A DNA stretch of 64,000 bases from Kudoa neothunni (taxonomy: Eukaryota > Animalia > Cnidaria): positions 7,587,166-7,651,165 of the forward strand of contig OZ199839.1 of NCBI GenBank assembly GCA_964304625.1, read 5' to 3'. Below, one piece after another: positions 7,583 to 18,122 of the stretch (position 1 is its first letter; every line of letters begins with the position of its first letter). Made by a program: the position numbers and the translations under genes. A model generated the notes under the pieces. It was not told the DNA's origin. It saw only the letters and a program-made list of their open reading frames with translations, and did no database searches.

Positions 7583-10500
7583 ATGGAGAATTCACCGAAT
7601 GTTAGTGAAAACTCCATTGACCATTTGAAAGACACGTGCCCCGAACTGTCGCGATCTGTTTTAATGTACTTCCAGGCCTGGCAGAAAGCTACAGTTAAAC
7701 GAAGACGTAAACCTCCTCTCTGCATTAAAGCCAACGAAATCGTTAAGATGGCAGAGCGCGTTTCCAAGGTCAAAAAGGACATTTCCGTTTTATGTCGAAT
7801 GCGTCCGAACCCATCAAAAACTCAAAAAAAGCCAAACTCTGAAGATAAGGACTTAATTGATGATTTGTTGAATCCGGAAGATGTGTCTTACTCAACGCAA
7901 GTGGCAATTCGAAAATTACAGACAAATCTTTCAAGAAACCGGCATAGTTTAGATATTCTCTATGATGAGTTTATGTCATTAATTCAGAAAGCAATTGATA
8001 CCCGAGAATTTCCTGCTGAATTGCTAAACGAAGATGGTTCTATTGATGTGTCGGAAGATCTTAAGTTTTTCCCGGTATTGCCAAAACAAACACTTTTACC
8101 TGCAGTAGAGACTATTCCGAAGAAGCTCGTCACAAAGACCATAGTTAATGGTGAGATTGTAATTTCTGAGTCGTCAGATATTACTCTTAATGACACCGGC
8201 AACAAATATAATACAGGAGCCTCCAGAGATAAGATCTCGACAAATATCAACATTTCCGCGACGCCATCAAAAATGCTCGCGCAGCCAATTTCACCATTAC
8301 CTAGCAAATCGCAGCCTCTTGTGCCAATTCCTCCCTTATCGGTTACTTCTGCCACTCCCAAGTCCACCACAACCTCTATTAAGGCAGCTAAAGCAAATAA
8401 ACCCTCTAAAGCACCTACTAATTTAGCTAATTCCAGTATTAAATCAACCTCCACGTCTAATTCTAACTCTAATCGTAAGAATTCCAAGACCTCTTTTAAC
8501 TATGACCATTCTTTGCTTAATAATAAGGCTTTTAACTCTATTATTAATGTCCCTAACCCATCTCCTGTTACTTTAATGCCCCCCATTTCACCGGAAGGTA
8601 AAACTACCCCTCAAGGGAATCAAGAAAATCATGAAAGTCAAGAAACTCAAGATATCCCAAATGAAGAGGCCCCTGTTGAAATATCAGTCTCTGTTGTTCC
8701 TCCAGTCTCTCCAGTTGCCCCGTCTTCTCCTCCCCCTAAATCATCAATTCTGGAAAGATCCAAATCTTTCTTCCTAACCAAACCGCAATCTAACCAGAAT
8801 CCCGACCACAACATTTCCATAGGCCAAATGATGAAAAATTTTCTTCATGGAGTAGCTACCACTATTTCCAGTCCAGAGCCTACACCAATTCCTGAGGACA
8901 ACTTCAATATGACCCTTAAAGTCAACATTGAAGACATCAACTGCAGGACCAACAATGAAGATGCGGAATTTTTTGACTCTTTAGAAGAATTCCCCCTGGT
9001 TTTTGATGATACGACGCCCCTAAGTGACCAAAGTGACCTATTGGATACCAGTGAAACCAACGAGAGCAACTACCTGCGAAATCCCGTAAAAAGGAATCGC
9101 CAGGCTCTGATTAGTGCCCTACCCAACGCCACTGATTCCAATAATAATAGTGAGAGCAACGATGTCATCTGTCTTGATGATTTAAACCAACTTGAGTTCC
9201 CGCTCAAGAAGGAATTACTATCTCCTATTAATTCACCTTCTCCACATTCTTTAAATTCCTTAAATTCCTTAAATTCTTTAAATTCCTCCAATTTAACTCC
9301 CCCCAACCACTCTGTTTCTAACCCCTTGTTGAAACGTATTTCTATCTCTGATATAGCCCCCGCTATATTAACCACTCCTCCACCTCTATCCCCGATTGTT
9401 TCCCCCAATGAGAACTTTCTGTCTTCCCAGGATGTGAATAATTTTATCAGGGACATTAAGAAACAATCCTCCTCCAAACGTCGCTCCAAACCATCATCTG
9501 CTCCTCAGTCCAGATCTCCACAACCTTCTGCTCATCCTTCCATCTCGGAAACAAATGAAAGTATCGACGCCAATTCGAATGACATTATTGTCATTGAGAA
9601 ATCTCCCGAAAAATCATTTGTCTTCGAACCTATTGATGAGAACAACGCCCCAGATCTGGACTTTTCCATACACAACGCCTCAACCGTCGCTCCCGATGCT
9701 GTAGAAGACCCTACAACTGGTGATATTGAAATGTTGTCTCCAGAAAAACAACCGCAACCCAAGTATCGAGAGGTGTCCACTCAAGATGTCATGGTTGTGA
9801 TGCGCCAAGAAATTGGTGGTAACTATGGCATCCGACCTCAAACACCCCCAACCCAATCTCCACCTCCACCTTCAATTCGAGAACATCAGACGGTCCAGCC
9901 AACTCAACTAACCCCTGAAGAGACTGCGCCAGCTGATGATACGGAAGTTCCCCCAAGCGACCAACCACAGCCCAATCTCACCAAATACCAACGCCGGAAA
10001 TTAGAAGAGGAGAAGAAACTTAAAGCAGCTTCGTCCATGATGAAACACCTCATCAATCACATTGGATCGACTGAATCCTGTGACTTCCTCTATGCTAAAT
10101 TCCTGGAGTCAGCCATCGAACATGCAAAAGAACTCCATATGCATAGGGTTCCTTTCACACGTCCCAACGATAACGACGCTGAAAACAGACCCGCCAACCC
10201 GTATGATGAATCTAACGTGGTCCCCAACAACAACCCCGCCGACCCAAGCACCACCTTTGTCAGAAGAATCCAACGTCCGCTCACCAGAAGAGCGAATGAA
10301 AGAAGACTCCGTGGCCTCTACCGCACAAACATGAAACGCTGCTATAACGAAGTTGTGCAAGACCCTCCAAAATGGTGTACCGCATCTGCTAACCGAATTG
10401 CGGATGCGCTCACACTCTCAATGCCTGCCCCGCCACAAATTCCTGACGATGCCACCGATGAAGCCATCCCAATATCCCCAACTGATGAAAACACTCAACG

Positions 10501-12907
10501 TGACATCTATGATTTCCAACGAAACTATTCCGATGTCCACATCTCCCCTGAGGACGTGTTGTTTGCGCTCGAAAAAGCCAATAAAGATACCGCCGTGGGT
10601 ACCGATGGGATCCAAATGTCATTTTGGAAGCGTTTGCCCCAAATTGAATTTGCCCTCGCACCACTCTTCAACTGCATCGTCAACTCGAGCACAATCCCCC
10701 AAAGTTGGCTGGAATCAAGACTCGTCTTAATTCCAAAGTCCAAAGAAGCGGACAGCAATGACCCTTCAGAATATCGTCCCATCTCCATAACCCAAACCAT
10801 CTACCGCCTCTTCATGAGTTGCCTAAACAGGAAGCTCCGCCCCCTTATCCAACTCTCACCTGCACAGAAAGGGTTTCTTCAAAGTGACGGCTGCGTTGAG
10901 CACGCCTTCACTTTGCAAGAGATCCTGGACGACTCACGCAGAAGACAATCCCGAATCAATGCTGTTTGGATTGATATCCAAAAAGCATTCGATTCCGTCC
11001 CCCACAACTACATCCTCCACCAACTGAAGAAGCAGAAGATCCCCTCCAACATCGTGGCTCTAGTAGACAACCTCTACAATGGATGCTTCAACATCGCCAC
11101 CGACAAAGATGGTAACACCGCCAACATCAAACCCAACGGCCGAGGTGTGAGGCAAGGTTGTCCCCTGTCTCCCCTCCTCTTCAACATGGTCATCAACCCC
11201 CTACTGGACGATATTACAGATAGTGGTATTGGCTACCCCCTCCGAGGAAGAAACATTGGTGCCCAATGTTTCGCCGATGATTTAGTTCTGCTCGCCAACA
11301 ACGACGATGATATGGACACACTTCTGAGGAAAACAGAAAGCTTTTTAACCAAAACTTCGCTTTCTGTCAACCACTCGAAGTGTGCCAACTTGAAGGTCAC
11401 CTACTCCTACAGCAGAAGAACCATCAACACCTCTCCCCTCAACACCCCCACGCTCTTCGACGTCCACATCCCCCCGATGGAAGATTACTACAAGTATCTT
11501 GGCGTCCTCTCCAACCTGCAATCTTTTAAAGATTTGCCTCCCGCCTTCACCGAATTCATCTCCAAACTAAATAAAATATCAAATTCGTCTCTCCTACCAT
11601 TTCAGAAACTAAACTTACTGAAGATATATGTTTACCCAACCTTAGACCACACAATGAAAAACCACATCCTCAGAATTGAAGACCTGGCGAAAATTGATGC
11701 CCTCATTCTAAGAAACGTACGTAAGTGGCTCAATCTTCCCAACTCATCGACCAAACACATCTTTTACATTCCCAACGCTGCCGGGGGACTCGGACTGAGG
11801 CAAATAACGAAGGACTATGCCGCCTTACGGCTGGCCGCTGGCCTCAACTTGATTAACTCGTCCGACGAAACCATCCAAAATGTAGCAAGAAAGTCCCTCG
11901 AAGAAATATGCGCAAAGAGGAGCAACAACTCAATGGACCCCCTAAAGTATCTCCACCTGGACGAAGAACCTTGTGTTTCACGCGACATCCGAAGCTTAAT
12001 GTCTTCTATGCGTTTGAACCGCAAGTCGATAAAAGTGGACTTGTGCCAACCATCAGACGACCCCAACCACATGGAAATCGACGACGAAGTGCTCAACCCT
12101 CCAATCTTCAAACCGAAGAATCCCACATATAAACCCACAAGAATCAAACTCCTACGCTGGCATCTACAATCAAGCCATCTTCAACTCCTAAAAGCTCAAC
12201 TTGACCAAGGAAGATCGGCCGGATGCTTCAGCCAACACCATGAATCCAACTCATGGACCCGAACCGGGAACATAAAAATATCAGCTTACAGGTTCGGAAT
12301 CATGGGAAGGATAAATGTGTTGCCCACCATGACAGTTCTTCATCGCGCTCAATCCACCCTCGACACCCAATGCCGCCGCTGTCCGTGTCAAGTGGAAACA
12401 CTTGGTCACATCCTGAACGGCTGCCCCAACAACAAAGACTCCATAATTCTCCGCCACAACAATGTCCTAGAGACGATAGCCTCTAAAATTAAAGTAGGCA
12501 AGAAATACGAAGTAAGGATTGACAAGCTCTTCCCTGATGGTGTACTAATCGGCGACCGAAGACCCGACATTCAACTGATCCACCAACGCTCCAAGACCAT
12601 CATCGTCGCTGATGTGTCAGTCTGCTATGAATCGTCCTTGGAACGCATGAATGAAGTGAGAAACCACAAACTCAACAAGTATAACGATGAGTTTGCTCTC
12701 CTGGAACAAGCTGGATGGAAAGTGCTCCCCACCGCCCTTATCTTTGGTTCACTCGGATCTCACCACCCCCTCAACTCTCAAGCCTACACCCTTCTCCATA
12801 TCCAAAGTCAGAAGAAAGTGAAGACCCTGATGAAAACCATTACCACATCCCTGATTGAAAGTTCCCACATGATTTGGAATAGTCATGTGCGAACGACTAG
12901 ATCCTAA
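7583..12907 (+). CDS. RT-RLE polyprotein (1774 aa)
   Basis: Same RT, CCHC and RLE motifs as copy 2; open throughout. Confidence 0.97.
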   Translation: MENSPNVSENSIDHLKDTCPELSRSVLMYFQAWQKATVKRRRKPPLCIKANEIVKMAERVSKVKKDISVLCRMRPNPSKTQKKPNSEDKDLIDDLLNPEDVSYSTQVAIRKLQTNLSRNRHSLDILYDEFMSLIQKAIDTREFPAELLNEDGSIDVSEDLKFFPVLPKQTLLPAVETIPKKLVTKTIVNGEIVISESSDITLNDTGNKYNTGASRDKISTNINISATPSKMLAQPISPLPSKSQPLVPIPPLSVTSATPKSTTTSIKAAKANKPSKAPTNLANSSIKSTSTSNSNSNRKNSKTSFNYDHSLLNNKAFNSIINVPNPSPVTLMPPISPEGKTTPQGNQENHESQETQDIPNEEAPVEISVSVVPPVSPVAPSSPPPKSSILERSKSFFLTKPQSNQNPDHNISIGQMMKNFLHGVATTISSPEPTPIPEDNFNMTLKVNIEDINCRTNNEDAEFFDSLEEFPLVFDDTTPLSDQSDLLDTSETNESNYLRNPVKRNRQALISALPNATDSNNNSESNDVICLDDLNQLEFPLKKELLSPINSPSPHSLNSLNSLNSLNSSNLTPPNHSVSNPLLKRISISDIAPAILTTPPPLSPIVSPNENFLSSQDVNNFIRDIKKQSSSKRRSKPSSAPQSRSPQPSAHPSISETNESIDANSNDIIVIEKSPEKSFVFEPIDENNAPDLDFSIHNASTVAPDAVEDPTTGDIEMLSPEKQPQPKYREVSTQDVMVVMRQEIGGNYGIRPQTPPTQSPPPPSIREHQTVQPTQLTPEETAPADDTEVPPSDQPQPNLTKYQRRKLEEEKKLKAASSMMKHLINHIGSTESCDFLYAKFLESAIEHAKELHMHRVPFTRPNDNDAENRPANPYDESNVVPNNNPADPSTTFVRRIQRPLTRRANERRLRGLYRTNMKRCYNEVVQDPPKWCTASANRIADALTLSMPAPPQIPDDATDEAIPISPTDENTQRDIYDFQRNYSDVHISPEDVLFALEKANKDTAVGTDGIQMSFWKRLPQIEFALAPLFNCIVNSSTIPQSWLESRLVLIPKSKEADSNDPSEYRPISITQTIYRLFMSCLNRKLRPLIQLSPAQKGFLQSDGCVEHAFTLQEILDDSRRRQSRINAVWIDIQKAFDSVPHNYILHQLKKQKIPSNIVALVDNLYNGCFNIATDKDGNTANIKPNGRGVRQGCPLSPLLFNMVINPLLDDITDSGIGYPLRGRNIGAQCFADDLVLLANNDDDMDTLLRKTESFLTKTSLSVNHSKCANLKVTYSYSRRTINTSPLNTPTLFDVHIPPMEDYYKYLGVLSNLQSFKDLPPAFTEFISKLNKISNSSLLPFQKLNLLKIYVYPTLDHTMKNHILRIEDLAKIDALILRNVRKWLNLPNSSTKHIFYIPNAAGGLGLRQITKDYAALRLAAGLNLINSSDETIQNVARKSLEEICAKRSNNSMDPLKYLHLDEEPCVSRDIRSLMSSMRLNRKSIKVDLCQPSDDPNHMEIDDEVLNPPIFKPKNPTYKPTRIKLLRWHLQSSHLQLLKAQLDQGRSAGCFSQHHESNSWTRTGNIKISAYRFGIMGRINVLPTMTVLHRAQSTLDTQCRRCPCQVETLGHILNGCPNNKDSIILRHNNVLETIASKIKVGKKYEVRIDKLFPDGVLIGDRRPDIQLIHQRSKTIIVADVSVCYESSLERMNEVRNHKLNKYNDEFALLEQAGWKVLPTALIFGSLGSHHPLNSQAYTLLHIQSQKKVKTLMKTITTSLIESSHMIWNSHVRTTRS

Positions 12908-13040
12908 TCTTCTCTCCACTCAACGCTCAATCCTACGTTCAACTGCTGATTCCAACCTCCACCTAACATCCATGAAAATCTCCACTAGTCCTCAATCCAA
13001 TTAGCTTATATAAACACGGTAGCGATTATGTAGTTATTAG

Positions 13041-13076
13041 AATCCATCGACCCGAGTTCGAATCTCGGTACGGCCA
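13041..13076 (+). tRNA. tRNA 3' half, Gln-like; junction 3
   Basis: Identical 36-mer, preceded by a different 3' UTR. Confidence 0.85.
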
Positions 13077-13213
13077 CTCCCTCTTTTGTTTTTTTGTGGT
13101 ATTGTCTTTTTTGGGCTATTTTTTGGCGTTTTCTGTGCTTTCTTTGACGATAGTTGAATAAAGTAACTGTTTTTCTTTGTGTTGCTAACAAATTAGATAC
13201 GTGTGACTGCAAC

Positions 13214-16200
13214 ATGGTAAACGCAGGTGAAAACACCAGAAACCTGGAATGCCATTTGGATGCCGCGTGCGCCGAACTCTCACGAGTCGTTTTGACCTAC
13301 TTCCGTGCCTGGGAGCTCGCCAATAGTAGGTGTAGAAGAAAGCCGGAGCTATGTAAAAAGGCTCGTGAGATTGTGAGGTGTCTACAACGCGTAGAGGCTG
13401 CGAAAAAGGGAATTTCCGATTTACGTCGTACGGAGCCGAATGGTGAAACTTCAACTTTGGTTGAGATTTTACCTTCTGTTACGTGTGGAGTGAGTTGTGA
13501 TGTTCAAACACCTTTATCGCATCAAGAAAAAGTTGAACTGCGAAAACGGCAGTCAAAACTGTCCAGAACTCGTCAGGTTCTCGACGTTTTGTACAATGAC
13601 TTTATGTCACTTGTGCAGAAAGCCGTGGATGCTGGCGAGTTTCCGGAAGCGTTGATGAATAATGACGGATCTGTTGATATATCGGCAGATCTGAAGTTCT
13701 TCCCAGTGCTGGCAGGACAACCCGATCTTATTCCAGAGCCATCGGAAATAGTGCCGCGCATTGACATTGAAAAATGCATCCCACCACACCAAACTCGTAG
13801 TGCAAGTTTGCGGAAGTCTTCTCTACGTGACAAAAGAGTTGAAAAAGACGTGATTGTCATTGACGAGGAGAACGAAGCAAATTTGACACCAAACGAATCT
13901 ACCGGTCGGCCATTGATGAGCGCGCAACTAACGCCATCTTCGCCGAATATGAATGCTAGGGCGGTTTTTGAGGATACGCAACCCCCAATTGATAAGCCCT
14001 ATGATTTGTTTGGTGATGTTTTTAATAATACCCACCATTCTAGTGTCGCCGACATCGAACCTGGCCAACCCGTTGCAGAAAATGCAATTCGTTTAATGCC
14101 AATTGAACAGTCCGAGGTGATTTTGTCTAACGAGAACCCTACAGCTGACAAAATCACCGAAGATGCTTCATCCCCATCAGCAGATGATATCTTGAACAAA
14201 ACCTCGGAGGTTATTGTTGAAAATTTGGAAGAAAGCCCTCAAGAAAACCGAACCAAGTCATTTTTCATCGGACCAAATTCTCCACCAATAAGTAAGATAT
14301 TTTGCATTGGTTCTGATGATAATGATGATGGAAATACTGCTCTTGCTTCTTCCCAACCGACTACAAGCTCTCCATCTGTTTCCCGCCCCCATCTTCGTCC
14401 CAGGAAGCGTAATCGCATAGAAATGTGCGATGAAACTTCCTCGCTTCCACCATTGGCACCCATCACTGACCGTCCAACCAAACGACCGAGATTGGGACCC
14501 AACTTCCTTGCGTCCCTTTCTTCACATCCATCTACTGCTTCAATGCCTTCCCCCGCTTCAATTTTGAGCACTTTGGACGCTCCTACAATAGCTTCGACGC
14601 AGCAAATCGCCGACTTTATTGAGGAGCACACAAACAAGATTCCAACTTTCCTAAGTCAAGACCAGTTGGATCGTTCTTCTGGCGAATTGAGAGAGAAATC
14701 TTTCAATTTCGAACCAGAAAACGCTCCTCCGGACTTGAACTTTTCCACCATCGACCCAGCACAAGTAAGCTTTCATGTGGCAGATGATATAGCTGAAAAT
14801 GATGATAACTCCCCATCCACTGCTCCCACTACTGAAGATAACGGAGACATTGATGCCGTCGCGGAAATTATCACTCAAGGTCCTTCCGATCAGCAAGCGA
14901 GTGATAATATCCCTCCAAACTCTCCAGCACTGGTTTCTGCTCAAGAAGTCCTTGACTTTTTGAGGGAGTATAATGGTCGTCAGGCCCCAGTTACTGAGGT
15001 TGTGCAAGAAAACCCCATCGATGAGATTCTCTCACAACAACCAGCGCCATCGTCTGCCGCTGCTGATGTTGATCCTGCTCAACAGCAACAACGTCCTCTT
15101 TCAAAATATCAAGAAAGAAAGAACAAAGAGGACGCAATGTTAAAAGCAGCGGCCAACATGTTGAAGCTTGTTGTGAATCACAACACCAACAACATGGCAT
15201 GTAACGAGCTGTATGAAAAATTCCTTTCTACAGCAACCGAGCATGCCAAGCTTCTGAATCTGCACTACTGTCCGCTTGAAAAAAGCGCAGTACAAGGAAA
15301 TTCAGAAGCTGTGGAAGCCCCCAACCTCCAGATGATCCAAACCAACCTCCCCAACGTCTACCACGCCAATTCCCTCTTACCAGAAGAGCGAATGAGAAGC
15401 GCCTGAGGGGCTTGTACCGCACTAATATGAAGAAGTGCTATAATGAAGTGGTGCAAGACCCTCCGAAGTGGTGTAAAGCTTCCCCTACGCAAATAGTAGA
15501 AGCACTCACCCTTCCTCCACCGCAAAACATCCCACTCCCTGAATATCTGGAAACAGAAACAAGGAGACCCCATGAAGATCCTCTATCCCAACCTGGTGCC
15601 TACAACGTGGATGAGCCGTACAGCTTCTACCTGAATTACAGTGAACTGTATTTCTCGCCGGAAGATGTACTGTTCTCCTTAGAGAGGGCCAAGAAAGATA
15701 CCGCATGTGGGACAGACGGCATCCAAATGCAATTTTGGAAACGTCTGCCTCAGTTCAACCATATTGTGGCCCCTCTCTTTAATTTGATGTTGCACCAGAG
15801 CACAGTCCCCGCTAGCTGGCTGGAATCGCGCCTCATCCTTCTCCCGAAGTCCGAAGACCCCGATTCCTCCGATCCCCTCCAATATCGACCCATCTCCGTC
15901 ACCCAGACGCTCTACAGAGTGTTCATGAGTTGCCTCAATAGGAAACTCAGACCTCTGATCGACCTGTCGCCGTCCCAAAAGGGCTTCCGAGAGAGTGATG
16001 GCTGCGTTGAGCACGCCTTCTCTTTTCAAGAAGTCCTCGATGACGCTCGCCGAGGGAGAACCAAATTAAATGTCGTTTGGATTGATATCCAAAAGGCGTT
16101 TGATTCGGTTCCCCACAACTTGCTCATCGCACATTTGAAAAAATCCAAATTGCCTCAGAGGATAGTCCAGCTCATCGACAACCTGTACGCTGGATCATAT

Positions 16201-18012
16201 AATGTGATCCAGGACAGGTCAGGTAACTCTGCTAATTTGTTGTCTAACGGAAGAGGCGTGAGACAGGGGTGCCCCCTGTCTCCCCTCCTATTCAATATAG
16301 TTATCGACCCCCTACTGGCTAAGATCAACGAAAGCGGCATTGGGTATCCTATTCTCGGTCAGAGGATAGGTGCTCAATGTTTTGCCGACGACCTGGTCCT
16401 CTTGACAGATGGGGCGGAAGATATGAACCGGCTTCTGAAGATAACGGAAGATTTCCTCATAACCGCCCAACTTCGTGTCAACCACGCCAAATGCGCCTCG
16501 CTCAAAGTAAGCTATATATATAGCAGGCGCATTATCAACGAAGACCCATCCCTTTCGCCGAAACTCTTTGGAACCACCATTCCACCCATTCAAGACTTTT
16601 ACAAATATTTGGGTACCTGCGCCAACCTCCAATCCTTCAAGGATCTACCACCCTGCTTCAAGAAGTTTGAAGAAAACCTCAAGAAGCTATCAGATTCACC
16701 TCTCCTACCATTCCAGAAGATCAACCTGCTGAAGATCTACCTGTTCCCAACCCTAGACTTCGTGATGAAGAATCATATTCTCCGGATCGAAGATTTAAGT
16801 AAGTATGACGCCCTCATCCTACGAAATATCCGAAAATGGCTCAACTTACCCAACTCTTCGACCACCCACCTATTTTACACCCCAAATTGCTCCGGTGGTC
16901 TCGGACTCCGTCAATTGACCAAAGACTATGCTGCCTTAAGGCTGGCCTCTAGTCTTAATGTGCTCAATTCGAAGGACGAGACCATCCAGAAGATAGCCCG
17001 CCTCTCCCTGGTGAAGATAGTGGATCAACGATCGAAATCCCAAATGGATCCACTACGCTACGTCCATGAAGAAACGGAACCTACCGTCGCCCGCGATATC
17101 CTAAGTCTACTGTCGTCCATCAGATTGAACCAGAAATCAATCAACGTCGCCTTGTGCCAGAACTCTGACGATACGGCCCACTTGGACATCGATTCAGATT
17201 CCCTCCTTCCTCCACTCAACCCACCGAAGAACCCCAACTTCACCATCACCCGTGTCAAGCAGCTCCGCTGGCACCTTCAGTTCACCCACATGAAGAAGTG
17301 GACTGATCAACTCGACCAGGGAAGATCAGTCAAGTGCTTCGCAGATACGAAGGAAGCAAACACATGGACCCGAACCGGAAATATAAAAGTAAGTGCCTAC
17401 AGGTTCGGGCTCATGGGAAGAATCAATGTCTTGCCCACCAACACCGTCCTCCATCGCGCCCACTCCACCCTGGACACTCAATGTCGACGTTGCTCCTGCC
17501 AAGTCGAGACCCTAGGTCACGTCTTGAACGGATGTCAACGCGGCAAAGAGTTGATAATCAAGCGCCACGATGCTGTTCTCGACCAACTACTCAACTATAA
17601 GAAGAAATACGGTAAGGCCTACGAGTTACGGGTTAATTCTAGGTTCCCCGCAATTTCTTCATCCCGTCGTCCCGACATTCAAATTCTCCACCAACAATCC
17701 AAAACTCTAGTTGTGGTTGATATTTCCGTATGCTATGAATCGAGCTTGGACCGTATGGACCAAGTGAGATCCCATAAAATACGGAAATATGAACCCGAGT
17801 TTGAGCAGCTTCGAAACCTTGGTTATCACGTCCTACCAGCCGCGTTAATCTATGGCTCCTTGGGAAGCCACCACCATTGAAATGGGGAAGTGTACACACT
17901 TCTCCAACTGTCTTCCGAGCGCAAGCGACGAAGCCTGTTGAAGAATGTTACGTCTACCTTGATCGAGTGTTCCCACAAAATTTGGAACCACCACATCCGA
18001 ACCGAAGCATAA
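13214..18012 (+). pseudogene. RT-RLE ORF with a 1-nt frameshift (~15320) and a premature TGA (17878-17880)
   Basis: ATG at 13214; GAAGCCCCCAA versus GAAGCACCCCAA in copy 5; TGA where copy 6 has CGA; the homologous frame continues to TAA at 18010-18012. Confidence 0.9.
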
Positions 18013-18086
18013 TCCACTATCTATCCTCGAAATTCCACATATGCATTAACTATTAAATAACACACATGCGCATTTCCTTGTTTTAA

Positions 18087-18122
18087 AATCCATCGACCCG
18101 AGTTCGAATCTCGGTACGACCA
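18087..18122 (+). tRNA. tRNA 3' half variant (acceptor strand TACGACC); junction 4
   Basis: One substitution relative to the consensus 36-mer, with a different 24-nt trailer. Confidence 0.8.

Larger units (their letters stand above)
7406..13040 (+). mobile_element. Retrotransposon copy 3 (subtype B), full length and intact
   Basis: Bounded by tRNA halves; intact ORF; linker and 3' UTR diverged from subtype A. Confidence 0.97.
13041..18086 (+). mobile_element. Retrotransposon copy 4 (subtype C), full length with two lesions
   Basis: Bounded by tRNA halves; the most divergent subtype. Confidence 0.95.

Noticed and set aside
9250-9290. 9-bp tandem repeat encoding SLNSLNSLNS in copy 3
   Set aside because: Ordinary slippage in a low-complexity linker; not shared by other copies.
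13154-17880. Two-ORF (ORF1/ORF2) organisation or a programmed frameshift in copy 4
   Set aside because: Sister copies have a single ORF and copy 5 has the extra base at this site, so it is a 1-nt deletion or a homopolymer sequencing error. The listed start at 13154 is a TTG upstream of the putative intron; the ATG is at 13214.
17878-17880. Stop-codon readthrough or an alternative genetic code
   Set aside because: An isolated CGA>TGA change; host genes and intact copies use the standard code and end in TAA.
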